Counted from the first letter of the stretch, positions 18,340-29,378 are shown. The stretch: 64,000 nucleotides of DNA from Candidatus Brocadiia bacterium (GCA_046538485.1 JBKHIT010000003.1:64001-128000); one strand, 5' to 3'. Program-made: numbers and translations. Notes: generated by a model not told the origin, from the letters alone.

Positions 18340-18587
18340 ATCTTTTTTCTCGACAGCTATTTGCGTTGAGCAGGAATACTGGCGGAGGTGCAAGAGGGGA
18401 TAGGCCGAAAAAGTTTTACCCCAGAATCCGGCTCTGAGAGCCGCTGTTAAAAGACCCCGTTTTTCACACCATCGGCTTTAGTGTTCGCCCGGCATCGTTA
18501 GGAATCGGTGACAATCCAAAGCCAATCCCCGGTTATCAAAGAGTGCAACGACCTACAGCGCATATTCTTCTCTTGGGTTTTCTTTTC

Positions 18588-18615
18588 TTGACACGTTATA
18601 TGTTACGTTTAAAAT
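18588..18615 (+). promoter_or_regulatory. Sigma70-type promoter for the lipoprotein gene
   Basis: TTGACA-16 bp-TAAAAT. Confidence 0.6.
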
Positions 18616-18740
18616 GAAAGTTGGTACGGAGTGGTGGTGATTCGCCACTGGCAAAAGAAGTCCTATCGATTTTTGCTTGGATCTTGTTTGGTTTTTGAAC
18701 TGCTTTTGTGGTGGCAAACTTTGGTTTAAGGAGGTTTCTG

Positions 18741-19319
18741 ATGAGAAAAGTGGCAATTGTGGTTTCGGTGCTGGTGATGTTTATCGCATCCTGTCGTTCA
18801 CCCGAGCAGGCGACGCCTGAAGTTGTGAAACCGAAGAGCTCTTTTGAGGGCAAGACTTATTACACCAATGTCAATATCTGGTACGAGGGTGGAAGGGAAG
18901 ACGAGATACGCTCGACGAATTATCACCGGGGCAAAATTCTCCCGGCAGGCACCCCGGTGGCGATACAAGAGGTGAATACCGACGGTATACTCTTTGAACT
19001 GAAGGAATCCGGGGCAGAGTTGAAGTTGGATTACGTCCCGCGGCACACAGTGCTGTCAGTCAGCGAGTACTTTAAGCGAATGTTCAGCGAAAAGAATGTG
19101 CTCAAGGAAAAAGATTTTACGAAGGAAGAAATGGAGGCCATCGAGGCCGGAGAAGTCAGGCCCGGGATGAGCAAGGAAGCGGTCATTGTTGCTTACGGTT
19201 ATCCACCGTCCCACGAAACACCCGCCCTCAGTGCAAACACATGGCATTATTGGATTAGCCGTTGGAACCGACGTGTGGTGGAATTCAAAGACGGTAAAGT
19301 TGTCGAAACCAAAAAGTGA
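18741..19319 (+). CDS. Lipoprotein with BamE/SmpA-like C-terminal motif
   Basis: AAGGAGG RBS; lipobox FIASC; VRPGMSKEAVIVAYGYP..WHYW..VEFKDGKV. Confidence 0.8.
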   Translation: MRKVAIVVSVLVMFIASCRSPEQATPEVVKPKSSFEGKTYYTNVNIWYEGGREDEIRSTNYHRGKILPAGTPVAIQEVNTDGILFELKESGAELKLDYVPRHTVLSVSEYFKRMFSEKNVLKEKDFTKEEMEAIEAGEVRPGMSKEAVIVAYGYPPSHETPALSANTWHYWISRWNRRVVEFKDGKVVETKK

Positions 19320-19464
19320 TGGGCCTGTGATCTTCCAACTCGCAGCATTTGCCAAAGCAGGCGGATGAACTGAATTAACAGTTGGTTCGCCTGCTTCTAA
19401 CGCTTTCCCCTGTAAATCTGGGGGGAAAGTGTGCTTACTGGCCCATCGGCTGCAGAGGGAAAGC

Positions 19465-20481
19465 ATGATTCAAATTGATGGCTCGCACCTTGAAGGGGGA
19501 GGGCAAATCCTTCGGACGGCTGTGGGTCTTGCGGCGCTCACCACAACTACGTGCCGAATCCATAGTATCCGCAAAGGACGAAATCGTCCCGGACTTCGCG
19601 CGCAGCATCTTCATGGGGTCAAGGCGATTGCCAAAATCTGCCACGCGACAGTTGAGGGTGCTGAGGTTGGTGCGCGGGAGATTGTTTTCCGGCCAAGCCG
19701 ACTCGATCCGCCCAAAGAAATCGAGGTCGATGTCGAAACGGCGGGAGCCGTGACACTTGTGATGCAGGGGTTGCTCATCCCTCTCGCCCGTACCGAAGGA
19801 CAGTCGGTTGTTGAACTTCGGGGCGGTACACACGTCAAATGGTCACCAGTTGCCGAATACTTGCAGCATGTTTTTGCTCCGTTCATGCGCAAGATGGGAC
19901 TCAATATAGACGTGGAATTGCAGCAATATGGGTTTTACCCGAAGGGCAGCGGTTCGCTGCGCGTAAATATAGGTCCCGGCTTGTTGAGCCCCGTCGATTG
20001 GACGGATTGCGAGCGAATAGACCGCGTTGATGTCTGGAGCGTTGCCACGGACAATTTGGAAGGCGCGCGCGTGGCAGAACGACAGGTTGAAGGAACCGGC
20101 ATCAGTTTTGACGATATCCATGTCAACTATGTTTCTGCGCTCTCAGCGGGCACTTCCATTTTTATCCGCGGACGAGGAGAGGGCATTATAGCTGGGGCTT
20201 CGGAACTCGGGCAGCGAGGCGTGCCCGCTGAAAAAGTCGGTCGCTCCTGTGCGAAAAAATTCGAGACCCAACGCCGCTCCGGAGAGTGCGTGGATAAGTA
20301 TATGGCGGATCAGATCTTGCCCTACCTGGCGCTGGCCGCAGGTGAGAGCCGAATTCGAGTCGCCGAGATCACCAATCATTGCCGAACGAACATATGGGTG
20401 ACGGAAAAGTTCCTGCCGGTCCGGTTCTTTGTGGACGAACAAAAGCGCATTATCAGCTGTCAGAATAATCGGAGGATATGA
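19465..20481 (+). CDS. rtcA: RNA 3'-terminal phosphate cyclase
   Basis: IDGSHLEGGGQILRTA, RPGLRAQH, GGTHVKWSP, GFYPKG, ADQ, TNHCRTN. Confidence 0.95.
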   Translation: MIQIDGSHLEGGGQILRTAVGLAALTTTTCRIHSIRKGRNRPGLRAQHLHGVKAIAKICHATVEGAEVGAREIVFRPSRLDPPKEIEVDVETAGAVTLVMQGLLIPLARTEGQSVVELRGGTHVKWSPVAEYLQHVFAPFMRKMGLNIDVELQQYGFYPKGSGSLRVNIGPGLLSPVDWTDCERIDRVDVWSVATDNLEGARVAERQVEGTGISFDDIHVNYVSALSAGTSIFIRGRGEGIIAGASELGQRGVPAEKVGRSCAKKFETQRRSGECVDKYMADQILPYLALAAGESRIRVAEITNHCRTNIWVTEKFLPVRFFVDEQKRIISCQNNRRI

Positions 20482-20693
20482 GCGGCGGTACGAAGATTCT
20501 TCTCCCCGGTTGCGCGGTTTCCGAGACGCCGACTGTTGCCACTTTTACAACTTTGTGTCTTTCGTTAAAATGCGCTTTGAATCATGGAGCGCAAGGTGTG
20601 AGATTTCGTTAGCTCGGCTGCAAATAGAGCGGGCTGGTACGAGGAAATTTTTAAAACTTCTTTGCTCTTTTTTCCTGGAAAGGAAGGACACCC

Positions 20694-22019
20694 ATGAGTG
20701 AATTCTTCCCTGAAGTGAAAGATTCTGTGCCGTATGAGGGACCTGAGACGGACAATCCTCTTGCATTCCGCTGGTATGAGGCGGACCGCAAAGTGGGCGA
20801 CAAAACCATGGCCGAACACCTGAAGTTTGCTATCGCCTACTGGCATACGATGAAGGGCGACGGTTCGGATCCATTCGGCGGAGCGGTCTATGACCGTGCC
20901 TGGAATAAAGGCGCTGATGAGATGGAAATCGCCGAAAAAACCCAGGACGCCATCTTTGAATTCTGTCAGAAGATAGGCGTTGATTACTACTGTTTCCATG
21001 ATCGCGATATCGCACCGGCCGGCGATACAATTGAAGAAACCAATGCGAATCTTCAACATATGGTCGACCGGGCTCAAAAACTGCAGGAAGAGACGGGCGT
21101 CCAGCTTCTGTGGGGCACCGCCTGCCTCTTCGATCACCCCCGCTACAGCCACGGCGCCGCTACGAACCCCGATCCCAATGTTTTTGCCTATGCGGCCAGC
21201 CAGGTGCGACGGGCGATCGATGCGACCGTCCAGCTCGGCGGTGACGGATACGTTTTCTGGGGCGGACGCGAAGGTTACACGACGCTTCTGAACACCGATA
21301 TGAAACGCGAGCGTGAGCAGATGGCTCGCATGCTTCACATGGCCGTGGATTACGGTCGAAGCAACGGGTTCGACGGCGTGTTCCTGATTGAACCCAAACC
21401 CAAGGAACCGACCACCCATCAATATGACTTTGACGTTGCGACGTGCCTGGAATTCCTCCATGAATTCGATCTTCTGGACGAGTTCAAGATGAACGTGGAG
21501 GCGAATCACGCTACGCTCGCGGGTCATACTTACTGGCACGATCTCGCCACGGCGTCAAATTCCGGTCACCTGGGAAGCATGGACGTGAACCGCGGTAACC
21601 CGATTCTGGGCTGGGATACCGACCAGTTTCCGACCAACCTCTACAGCGCAACCCATGCCATGCTGGTTGTTCTGGAACAGGGTGGTCTGGACGGTGGTAT
21701 GAACTTTGACGCGAAAGTCCGCCGGGGTTCATTCGATACCGAAGATCTGTTCCACGCCCACATCGGAGGCATGGATGCTTTTGCCAGAGCACTGCTTGTA
21801 GCCAACAAGATCCGGGAAGACGGCGTGCTGGATGATTTCATCCAGGACCGGTACTCCGGATATGAGAGCGCCATCGGGAAACAAATCCTCAACGGCGAGA
21901 CCAGTCTGCCGGAACTCGAAGAATACGCCATCCAGAACGGCGAACCCGAACTCATCAGTGGTCGTCAGGAGATGCTCGAGAATATCCTGAACGATTATCT
22001 GCTGCGAGGAGATCTCTGA
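20694..22019 (+). CDS. xylA: Xylose isomerase (class II)
   Basis: AYWHT, FHDRD, FWGGREGY, IEPKPKEP, EANHATLAGH, GWDTDQFP, NFDAKVRR. Confidence 0.98.
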   Translation: MSEFFPEVKDSVPYEGPETDNPLAFRWYEADRKVGDKTMAEHLKFAIAYWHTMKGDGSDPFGGAVYDRAWNKGADEMEIAEKTQDAIFEFCQKIGVDYYCFHDRDIAPAGDTIEETNANLQHMVDRAQKLQEETGVQLLWGTACLFDHPRYSHGAATNPDPNVFAYAASQVRRAIDATVQLGGDGYVFWGGREGYTTLLNTDMKREREQMARMLHMAVDYGRSNGFDGVFLIEPKPKEPTTHQYDFDVATCLEFLHEFDLLDEFKMNVEANHATLAGHTYWHDLATASNSGHLGSMDVNRGNPILGWDTDQFPTNLYSATHAMLVVLEQGGLDGGMNFDAKVRRGSFDTEDLFHAHIGGMDAFARALLVANKIREDGVLDDFIQDRYSGYESAIGKQILNGETSLPELEEYAIQNGEPELISGRQEMLENILNDYLLRGDL

Positions 22020-22095
22020 TTCATCTCCGAAGGGAGTGCCAGCGAGCTCAATATGGAAGCGCCGGATTGGGTTCCGGGCGTTCAAAAATCCATAG

Positions 22096-22133
22096 ACCGC
22101 CCCGATAGTTTCAAAACGTCGGGGCGGTTTTTC
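22096..22133 (+). terminator. Rho-independent terminator after xylA
   Basis: accgccccga...tcggggcggt followed by a T run. Confidence 0.75.
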
Positions 22134-22325
22134 TTCTCTGCTGCCATTCCGGATAATGATGACGGAAAACTGGAGACTCCCTTTGCACGCCGCTTGTTTA
22201 CTGGATACCGTTGAAAGCGCTTCTACAGCAAAAAATCCGGGCTGGGAGGCGTTGTAACGTTCAGTATGACAGGTATGCTGCTCGCAAGGGTTGGTGTGAA
22301 GCAAAAGAAACAGACAACCGAACGA

Positions 22326-22637
22326 GCCCCTGAAAGGGGCGATTGAGAGCGTAGCCCCCGGCGACTCTGCGTAGCGGGGGAACCGGGGGTTGGCGGGTGC
22401 CAGCGAACCCGCGCCCCGCGAGGCGGCTGAGCGCGGAAAATGTCAAGTTGCCATTTTGTTGCGCCATCTCCCGTTCGTTATCCGTTCACCAGAAACCAGC
22501 AACCAACAACCAGCAACCAGTTCCCTCTCAAGCGCCCCTTTGGGACGCAATCCATTTTTTCGCACCCTAAGGCCCCGAACTCCGGCGGCTGAGGCCGCCT
22601 TCGCACGGGGCTACACTCTCAGACGGCCTTTCGGGCC
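22326..22637. repeat. REP-doublet-like palindromic element
   Basis: Left gcccctgaaaggggcgattgagagcgtagcccc; right end reverse complement ggcccgaaaggccgtctgagagtgtagcccc; further half units near 22523-22548 and 22890-22919. Confidence 0.7.
22493..22519. repeat. Short 7-mer tandem repeat (AACCAGC-type)
   Basis: aaccagc aaccaac aaccagc aacca. Confidence 0.65.
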
Positions 22638-22918
22638 GCTTGCATTGCCGTTCATTTTGGACTGTGGCGGGCGCGGGTTGCGCCGGACTACCAGGGACGA
22701 GCTATGCGGATGCAGATAAGTTGCACAAAAACTTGCGCACTTTCCCGCGGGAAATTTCTACGGAGGGCGCCGCTATGTCGTTATCTTTTTGCCGTTTGTC
22801 TTGCGTCGTTTTGTGGTGGACCTCCAGCCCACTTTTTTCTCAATGCACACTGTATCCCAGGGCTCCGACGACCTCCAGCCGTCTGCACCCCGGGCTGGTA
22901 TATGCTGTCCTTTCAGGG

Positions 22919-23130
22919 CGTATGCATTCAGCGTGCCCTACATCACAGCCGTCCATGCTCACAATGTCATTGCGAGGCGCTCTTCGCAGTGGGACGCCGC
23001 GCCAATCTCGCTGCTGGGCTGAAAAAACGACGAGCCTCCTCCGCGCGAGGCTACGGAGCCCAGCAGGATTGCTTCGCCCATCTTACGATGGACTCTCAAT
23101 GACACCTGAAGCTGCATCTCCGAGCTAAAC
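22919..23130. repeat. GTCATTGCGAG repeat, copy 2, with internal insertion
   Basis: Matches 5359-5535 and carries an extra cctcctccgcgcgaggctacggagcccagcag segment. Confidence 0.85.
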
Positions 23131-23251
23131 AAGCACACCGCTGCAGCGGTCCGTTGCGTCGGGAAACGCTCGAGAGCTGTAGATCCGCATCGCCGGGGCG
23201 GACCTGCCGTTTGTCGTTCGGCTGTTTTGCCGCGAGAGCTGTTGGTTTATA

Positions 23252-23297
23252 GTCCGCGTTCTGAACTCCGGCCTGCGGCTGAAGTCCAGCCCGCTCA
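23252..23297. repeat. REP-like palindromic module, inverted copy of 5206-5250
   Basis: Near-identity by direct comparison. Confidence 0.85.
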
Positions 23298-23854
23298 TGT
23301 GTCACGCAAGCGGAGACGAAATCCGGGTCCAACGACACCATATTATGCCCACAACCAGTTCGTCTTGAGGTTCTCCTGGGATCCGCGCGCCCCTTAAACC
23401 GTCCCCGAAAGACTACAAAACTCTTTTCAGCGCCTGACCCGTGCAGGAGTCTTCGCAGTCGCGGATCTATTCCGGAGTTCCGGCAGCAACCACGGTTCCT
23501 CCGCCGCGTGGCGTACGTCCGTGTCGGGCACGGGTTCCGGGTCGCTGACAGGATCCGGCGCCCCCTGGCCCCTTCAAATCCTCTTTTTTTACCCATATAT
23601 AGATAATATTAATCATTGTATATAAATATTTAGGCAGTACTGGCTATTCGCGGAGTGTCAAGTTTCGCATCCTTGAAAAGTGCGGGTTCGGGGAGGGAGG
23701 TGAGTTTCGAATCATCTTTGAACAAAGAAATAAAGCGATTTAATTGCGGCACATGGTCCGGTAAAATGCGTAAGAGGACAGATTTTCCCGGCCTGTCGAC
23801 AGGGCGTGTTGTTGTCGTGCAGCCCATCCTGTCCCTTTTCCAGGAGAGAGACAG

Positions 23855-24637
23855 ATGAGAGATGCGAAGCGCCAGGGTACGGTTGTTTCGAAACGTTACG
23901 AACTCTGTCATGTGGCGTCTCGCGCGTTCAAACGGGATGGGTTTACTTTGATCGAGCTGCTTGTGGTTATTGCGATCATTGCGATTCTGGCTGCGATGCT
24001 GATGCCGGCTCTGGAGCGCGCCCGCGATGCTGCCCGGACCACCGTCTGCCTGAACAATGAGAAGCAGATATTTCTGGCATTTACCTTTTATGTGGACGGG
24101 CACAATGGTTTTTTGCCGCGGGCGGATACCACACTCTGGGGGGCGCCGCCGAGCGGGAACTGGAAGTGGGGGGGAATCATGGCCGACGAACTTGATCCAG
24201 CGGTTCGGCGCAACAAACATGGCAATTACATGGTTGTGACCCGTCCTCATTTCCGAGGTAACGGTTACCTGTCATGTCCCGCTGTCCCCGATCCAGATCC
24301 GGCCTGGAATACGTTCGAGTATTGCGATTACGGGATGAACTACTGGGGCATCGGCGGTTGCGATACTTTTGTCCCGGCGCCGCACACGGCGTATGTCAAA
24401 TTCTCCGATGTACGCTATCCCACCCGTCAAATCGGATTCGGGGACGGCTGGTGCAATATGTACGATCATCCGGGGTGGTATGCCTATCACCCCCAGTATC
24501 AGTCGGTGGCTTTTCCTCACCGGGATATGACAAATGCATTGTTTTGCGATGGACATGCAGAATCGAGAGACCGGTCCATAATTCAGCCTCCCTACACCAG
24601 CGACAAATTCGGCGGCGCGCCGTGGGGGAATCCTTGA
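23855..24637 (+). CDS. Prepilin-type N-terminal cleavage / H-X9-DG domain protein (DUF1559-like)
   Basis: [35 protein letters not shown]-terminal [13 protein letters not shown]. Confidence 0.92.
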   Translation: MRDAKRQGTVVSKRYELCHVASRAFKRDGFTLIELLVVIAIIAILAAMLMPALERARDAARTTVCLNNEKQIFLAFTFYVDGHNGFLPRADTTLWGAPPSGNWKWGGIMADELDPAVRRNKHGNYMVVTRPHFRGNGYLSCPAVPDPDPAWNTFEYCDYGMNYWGIGGCDTFVPAPHTAYVKFSDVRYPTRQIGFGDGWCNMYDHPGWYAYHPQYQSVAFPHRDMTNALFCDGHAESRDRSIIQPPYTSDKFGGAPWGNP

Positions 24638-24854
24638 GCGTCGGCTGTTGACGAGGGGGCTGGCGTGCTGATTCAGCGGCCACGCCGAGCGGGGGGCGGA
24701 AAAACTGGAAAGGAGACTGCCAGGCGAAAAGGGCCGAATATACGTTGAGTTTTTCAGGGCAAGTTTTTCTGTCAGAATGGCACCTTAAATCAGGTTATCT
24801 TCTGAATGCTTAAAAGTGCCGTTTTTTTTTACTGTGAGGTCAACCTGAGAGGGC

Positions 24855-24884
24855 AAAAAAAGAGCCTGCCAGTATGACAGGCTC
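24855..24884 (-). terminator. Rho-independent terminator for the DksA-family gene
   Basis: gagcctg...caggctc hairpin preceded by an A7 run. Confidence 0.6.
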
Positions 24885-24941
24885 GAATGGGTAAAGAAGA
24901 AAATTCAGGTTGCGGGAAACGGATCAGCGGAAAACGGGACA

Positions 24942-25430
24942 TCAATACAACTCGCTTGTTTCCATCTCACGCGACAACTGGTTCACGTCCGGAGTTTGAT
25001 CCACACTTTTCTCGACACCGACATCAGCTTCGGCGCCTTTGCCCGACGTTGCTGATTGGATGGGAGCTCCCTCGCGGCCCCGTTCGTGGGCTTCCTTGCA
25101 GGTGAGGCAAAGCGTGGCGAACGGACGTGCTTTCAGCCTGCGCTTGGCGATCTTTTCACCGCAACGCTGGCAAACTCCATACTCTCCCTCCTTGAGCAGG
25201 CGAAGAGCCTCCTCGATCTCGTCAATTTTTGTCGAGTCCGACTCTGCGATCCGGGCGGCCAGATCGTCTATTTCACTCTCTGATGCCATATCCATGAATT
25301 CTGTTGGATCATGAGCGGAAACGGATCTGGCGCGTTCCAGTCTATCCTGCAGGGCATGCAGGAGATCCTGTTCCATCGCAGTGAGCTGGTTTTCTAACCT
25401 TTTATTGTATTTTTTCTTTTTAGGGGTCAT
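24942..25430 (-). CDS. TraR/DksA family C4 zinc-finger protein
   Basis: Coiled coil, IEEAL..GEYGVCQRCGEKI..RLKARPFATLCLTC; GGAGG RBS before 25430. Confidence 0.92.
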   Translation of the reverse strand: MTPKKKKYNKRLENQLTAMEQDLLHALQDRLERARSVSAHDPTEFMDMASESEIDDLAARIAESDSTKIDEIEEALRLLKEGEYGVCQRCGEKIAKRRLKARPFATLCLTCKEAHERGREGAPIQSATSGKGAEADVGVEKSVDQTPDVNQLSREMETSELY

Positions 25431-26088
25431 CTTTAGGCCTCCTTTTTTCTCTTTATGTTCCGCAAAAAACATGCCGAACTGAGCCAGAATGCCAATTCAT
25501 CCCAATTTTGCAGGTCGAAATGCTATTATTCTGTTTTCGTCGTTAACTCATATTGTTAGTGGCCTGCCAGGCCAAAAAGTTCAAAACAGCCTTTGTTGTC
25601 CGTTCCACCAAAAACGGTAAGAACAGTTTTTGGCGGTTCGAGAAGCGGCCGTTGATGATTTTAGCTTTTTTTCAATTAAACGGAGATGCGTGACGAATCC
25701 TGCGCAAAAAGCTGACAAAGCAGATACGGTGCTGGCGACGCTCCCGGAGGGTGAATCCTTTCTTTTGAGCCGAAGTACACCCTGTGCTAATGAGAAATGT
25801 CGAAAAACTGCATCTAAGTCGCTCTCATCCATATCGTTATAACAATTATGCCGTTGGATTCATGAAATATCCGGGTTAGTCGGTCTGTTTCAGGCTTTAA
25901 CCCCTTTATTTTTCAGGAAGAATAAACCAAAACAGAGCACAGCAGATTCGGTGGCTCCGAAAAAAGATGCCATTCGGAGTTTTTCAATGCTGCATCTGTA
26001 TAGCTGGTTTCGGACGTCTTTGGACTGTACGAAAACGCAACAGTCAGTTAAAAATTCCCCCATTACCCCCTGTATTTGCGGTTTTCCA

Positions 26089-26116
26089 TTGCACGCGCGC
26101 CGGCGGACCCCATAAT
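26089..26116 (+). promoter_or_regulatory. Possible promoter of the hydrolase cluster
   Basis: TTGCAC-16 bp-CATAAT. Confidence 0.4.
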
Positions 26117-26174
26117 GTAGGCATTGATGTATTTATTTATCCAAATATGAACCGCTCGCTGGAGAATTTGAATT

Positions 26175-27338
26175 ATGCCCGTGAAAAGCCGACACATGCC
26201 TGTCAACCAGCTGACATCACCACCTGGTCACCATTTTTTCGGCTACTACGATAAGTTTCCGTGGGATGAGACCGGACGGTACGTGCTTTCCTTGAAGACT
26301 GAATTCATAGATCGTCCTCCGTCCGCTGAAGACCGGGCAATTATCGGACTCATTGACACCGAACGGGACAACGAATGGATTCCAGTTACACATACTCACG
26401 CCTGGAACTGGCAACAGGGGGCGATGTTACAGTGGTTGCCTGGAGGTAACGGACGTGAAGTTGTTTACAATGCCCGCCGGGACGATGAATTCGTGGGCGT
26501 GATTCACGATACGGCCTCTGGGGAACGAAAAATCCTCCCGCGACCGATCTATGCCCTGAGCCGGGACGGGAAATGGGCGGTATCGGTGAATTTTTCCCGG
26601 ATTCATGTCTGTCGCCCGGGCTACGGGTACGCGGGAGTCCCGGATCCATGGGCCGAAGAGGCTGCGCCTGCCGAGGACGGAATTTATCTGATGAATATGG
26701 AGACGGGGGAGCACAGATTTGTTATTTCAATCGAGCAAATGGCATCGCGCGATCCAAGACCCGGAATGGACAATGCTAAACATTATTTCAATCACCTGCA
26801 ATTCAATAGCGATGGATCCCGATTTCTGTTTCTTCACCGCTGGAGAAAAGAGGAGGGTCGGGAGACGCGACTTTATACAGCTTCGCCGGGAGGCAGCGAC
26901 ATCTATTGTGTGGCCGACGAGGGAATGGTGAGTCATTTCGACTGGCGAGATGATAAGCATATACTGGCATGGGCTCGTCAGAAGGAACATGGCGATGCAT
27001 TTTACCTTTTCCATGATCAGACCACTGAGAAGGAAGTTATCGGGCGGGAAACGCTTACATGTGACGGACATTGTAGTTATTCGCCGGATCGCGCGTGGAT
27101 TTTGACCGACAGTTATCCGGACAAAGAACGAATGCGGGCCTTGATGCTATACGATCCTGATCGTGATCTCCGGGTCGATATAGGAAGGTTCTATGCCCCT
27201 CCGGAGCTCGATGGTGAAATACGTTGTGACCTGCACCCGCGATGGAACCGTGATGGAACGAAAATATGCTTCGATAGTGTTCACGAGGATCACCGACAAC
27301 TCTACGTAACCGATGTGAGTCAAGTTATCAGAGAATAG
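26175..27338 (+). CDS. Beta-propeller protein, oligogalacturonate-lyase/TolB-like
   Basis: HFFGYYD, AWNWQQG, FNH..FLFLHRW, SHF.W, DGHCSYSPD, RCDLHPRW. Confidence 0.75.
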   Translation: MPVKSRHMPVNQLTSPPGHHFFGYYDKFPWDETGRYVLSLKTEFIDRPPSAEDRAIIGLIDTERDNEWIPVTHTHAWNWQQGAMLQWLPGGNGREVVYNARRDDEFVGVIHDTASGERKILPRPIYALSRDGKWAVSVNFSRIHVCRPGYGYAGVPDPWAEEAAPAEDGIYLMNMETGEHRFVISIEQMASRDPRPGMDNAKHYFNHLQFNSDGSRFLFLHRWRKEEGRETRLYTASPGGSDIYCVADEGMVSHFDWRDDKHILAWARQKEHGDAFYLFHDQTTEKEVIGRETLTCDGHCSYSPDRAWILTDSYPDKERMRALMLYDPDRDLRVDIGRFYAPPELDGEIRCDLHPRWNRDGTKICFDSVHEDHRQLYVTDVSQVIRE

Positions 27339-27380
27339 TTCAGTTTTCTGCGAGTCAAAAGGATGGAACAAAGGAGGGCC

Positions 27381-29351
27381 ATGGCAAAACGGGCAATAAT
27401 ACTCGGCCTTGATGCGCTCGTTACGCCGATTCTGGAGCGGTTTCTGGAGGAAGAGGAGCTGCCGAATTTTGCGAAGTTGCTCGAACGCGGGTGTCTTACT
27501 CGAATCCGGCCCACCGTACCGGCGCAGACGCCAACGAACTGGGCAACGATAGCAACAGGAGCCACGCCGGGAAACCATGGAGTTGTTACGTGGGGCTCTC
27601 ATCTTCCGGGTGAACCGGTCTCCGAGGACCACAGGGAAGCTGCTTTCGCTGCCGGGTTGTGCCGGGCAGAATATCTCTGGGAAGCGCTTGCTCGGCAGGG
27701 ACAAAAGAGCATTGTGATGAATTATGCGGGGTATCCGCCGACCACCGATAAAGCACTTTTCATAGACTGGTTGTATCAGCCAGTGCGCTCCTATTTTGAT
27801 CTCGCTCCACCGACGGTTTACCACAATTGTCCCGAACTCAACACGACTGACCCGATCGCAATACACCGTGCCGAGGATTGGATCAACCTTCCAGCTAGTT
27901 CCAGGCCTCACCTCGAGTTCAAAATGGAGGTTGTTCCGAGTACGGAAGGCAATGGCCCCCAGTATTACGGATTGATATTTGCGGAGAGGGAGAATTACAA
28001 TCGAGTTTTGGTCGCAGGGGATAAAGATGGGAGCGAACCCTGCGCTGTTCTTGCGACCGGGGAGTGGAGTGAATGGGTGAGAGAGGCTTTTGAATCGATG
28101 GAGATGGGGCCTGTGGAGGGCGCATTCAAATTCAAGCTACTGGAACTTTCGGGAGACGGTCGCCGGCTTCAACTTTATCGCACCGATGTTTTTCCCACTG
28201 ATGGTCGGCATTTTAGCGACGAAGAGGTCGGTCGAAAAATAATTTCCGAGTGCGGGCCGTATGTTCATTCTGCCCAGACGTGCAGCCTGCATTGCCGGGG
28301 ATGGGTTGACTGGGAGACCACGGACGAAACCATGAGAGCGGAAGCCGAATGGTGGGCGGATGCGGCGAAACGATGCGTGGAGGAAACGGGAGCGAGTTTG
28401 CTGATCTTGCACTGGCACAACCTGGATTCTATGGGACACACGTTTGTGCCCCGCGTGGACCCGACAGGTACGAGTTATGGTCCCGAAGCTGTTGAAGAAA
28501 ATTGGGAAAATATACGCAATTACTATCGAGCAGCCGACCGTTTCGTTGGTGAGTTCCTCAGACGTTTTGACGACGGAGAGACGCTTTTCTGTGTTGTTTC
28601 CGACCACGGGATGCCGGCCAACAAAAAAGCCGTTTCTCTGATCAACTTTTTTAAGCAAAAAGACTGGATAAATATCGAAGATGGGGAAGTCAACTGGGCG
28701 AAAAGCAAATTATGGATTTCCCAGAATCACCTATGGATAAATCTTGAGGGCAGAAACGAGGGCGGAATTGTTCCGCAGGAGGATTACAAAAAGCTTCGCG
28801 GCAAAGTGCGCACCGCCATGAAAGACATCAAAGATCCCGAGACGGGACGACATGTTTTTTCTTTTGTGTTGCCGCGCGAAGATGCGCCGATGGTCGGCTT
28901 GTACGGTCAATACACCGGTGATCTCGTCTTTTGCTATGAGGGGGGATATCGCTGGACAGGACCAGAGGTGATTGAGATGGGTGAGGAAAGGGTTGTGTTC
29001 CCGTGTGGTGGGGGAAACCATGGCCCGATGGTCTGCACGTACGAAACGCAAACGACTTCGGTGATGGGTACGCTGATGTTGGCCGGGCCGGGAGTTCGGA
29101 GCGACTGTTGGATTCCTCGGGAGGAACAATTTGCATACTCCACAACGGATGTTGCACCGACTATCGCCGAAATACTCGGGGTGGAGCCTCCGGCTCAGAA
29201 TGAAGGCCGAGTCCTGGGAGAATTTTTGACTGAGCGGGAGACCTCACGGCCCGATCGGTATCTTGAACCCCTCGGGCGCCCGTTGGTCTACCGCGATTCG
29301 GTCAAACCGCGCCCGAAAACATTGAAAGGCGATGTTACGGATGAGGAATAA
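27381..29351 (+). CDS. Alkaline phosphatase superfamily, type I phosphodiesterase/NPP-like
   Basis: ILGLDA, QTPTNWATIATG, D..GH, VSDHG, TDVAPTIAEILG. Confidence 0.85.
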   Translation: MAKRAIILGLDALVTPILERFLEEEELPNFAKLLERGCLTRIRPTVPAQTPTNWATIATGATPGNHGVVTWGSHLPGEPVSEDHREAAFAAGLCRAEYLWEALARQGQKSIVMNYAGYPPTTDKALFIDWLYQPVRSYFDLAPPTVYHNCPELNTTDPIAIHRAEDWINLPASSRPHLEFKMEVVPSTEGNGPQYYGLIFAERENYNRVLVAGDKDGSEPCAVLATGEWSEWVREAFESMEMGPVEGAFKFKLLELSGDGRRLQLYRTDVFPTDGRHFSDEEVGRKIISECGPYVHSAQTCSLHCRGWVDWETTDETMRAEAEWWADAAKRCVEETGASLLILHWHNLDSMGHTFVPRVDPTGTSYGPEAVEENWENIRNYYRAADRFVGEFLRRFDDGETLFCVVSDHGMPANKKAVSLINFFKQKDWINIEDGEVNWAKSKLWISQNHLWINLEGRNEGGIVPQEDYKKLRGKVRTAMKDIKDPETGRHVFSFVLPREDAPMVGLYGQYTGDLVFCYEGGYRWTGPEVIEMGEERVVFPCGGGNHGPMVCTYETQTTSVMGTLMLAGPGVRSDCWIPREEQFAYSTTDVAPTIAEILGVEPPAQNEGRVLGEFLTERETSRPDRYLEPLGRPLVYRDSVKPRPKTLKGDVTDEE

Positions 29352-29378
29352 CGTTATGAATGAGAGAGGAGAAGTTGG

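Noticed and set aside
19465..20481. Possible loss of the RtcA catalytic His (DKYMADQ)
   Set aside because: The adenylated His corresponds to TNHCRTN, which is present
20565..21539. 324-aa minus-strand ORF
   Set aside because: Antisense shadow of xylA
22320..23300. Possible CRISPR array
   Set aside because: No identical, regularly spaced direct repeats with unique spacers, and no cas genes
22390..23596. Several 100-166 aa ORFs
   Set aside because: Translations of GC-rich palindromic repeats without RBS or protein motifs
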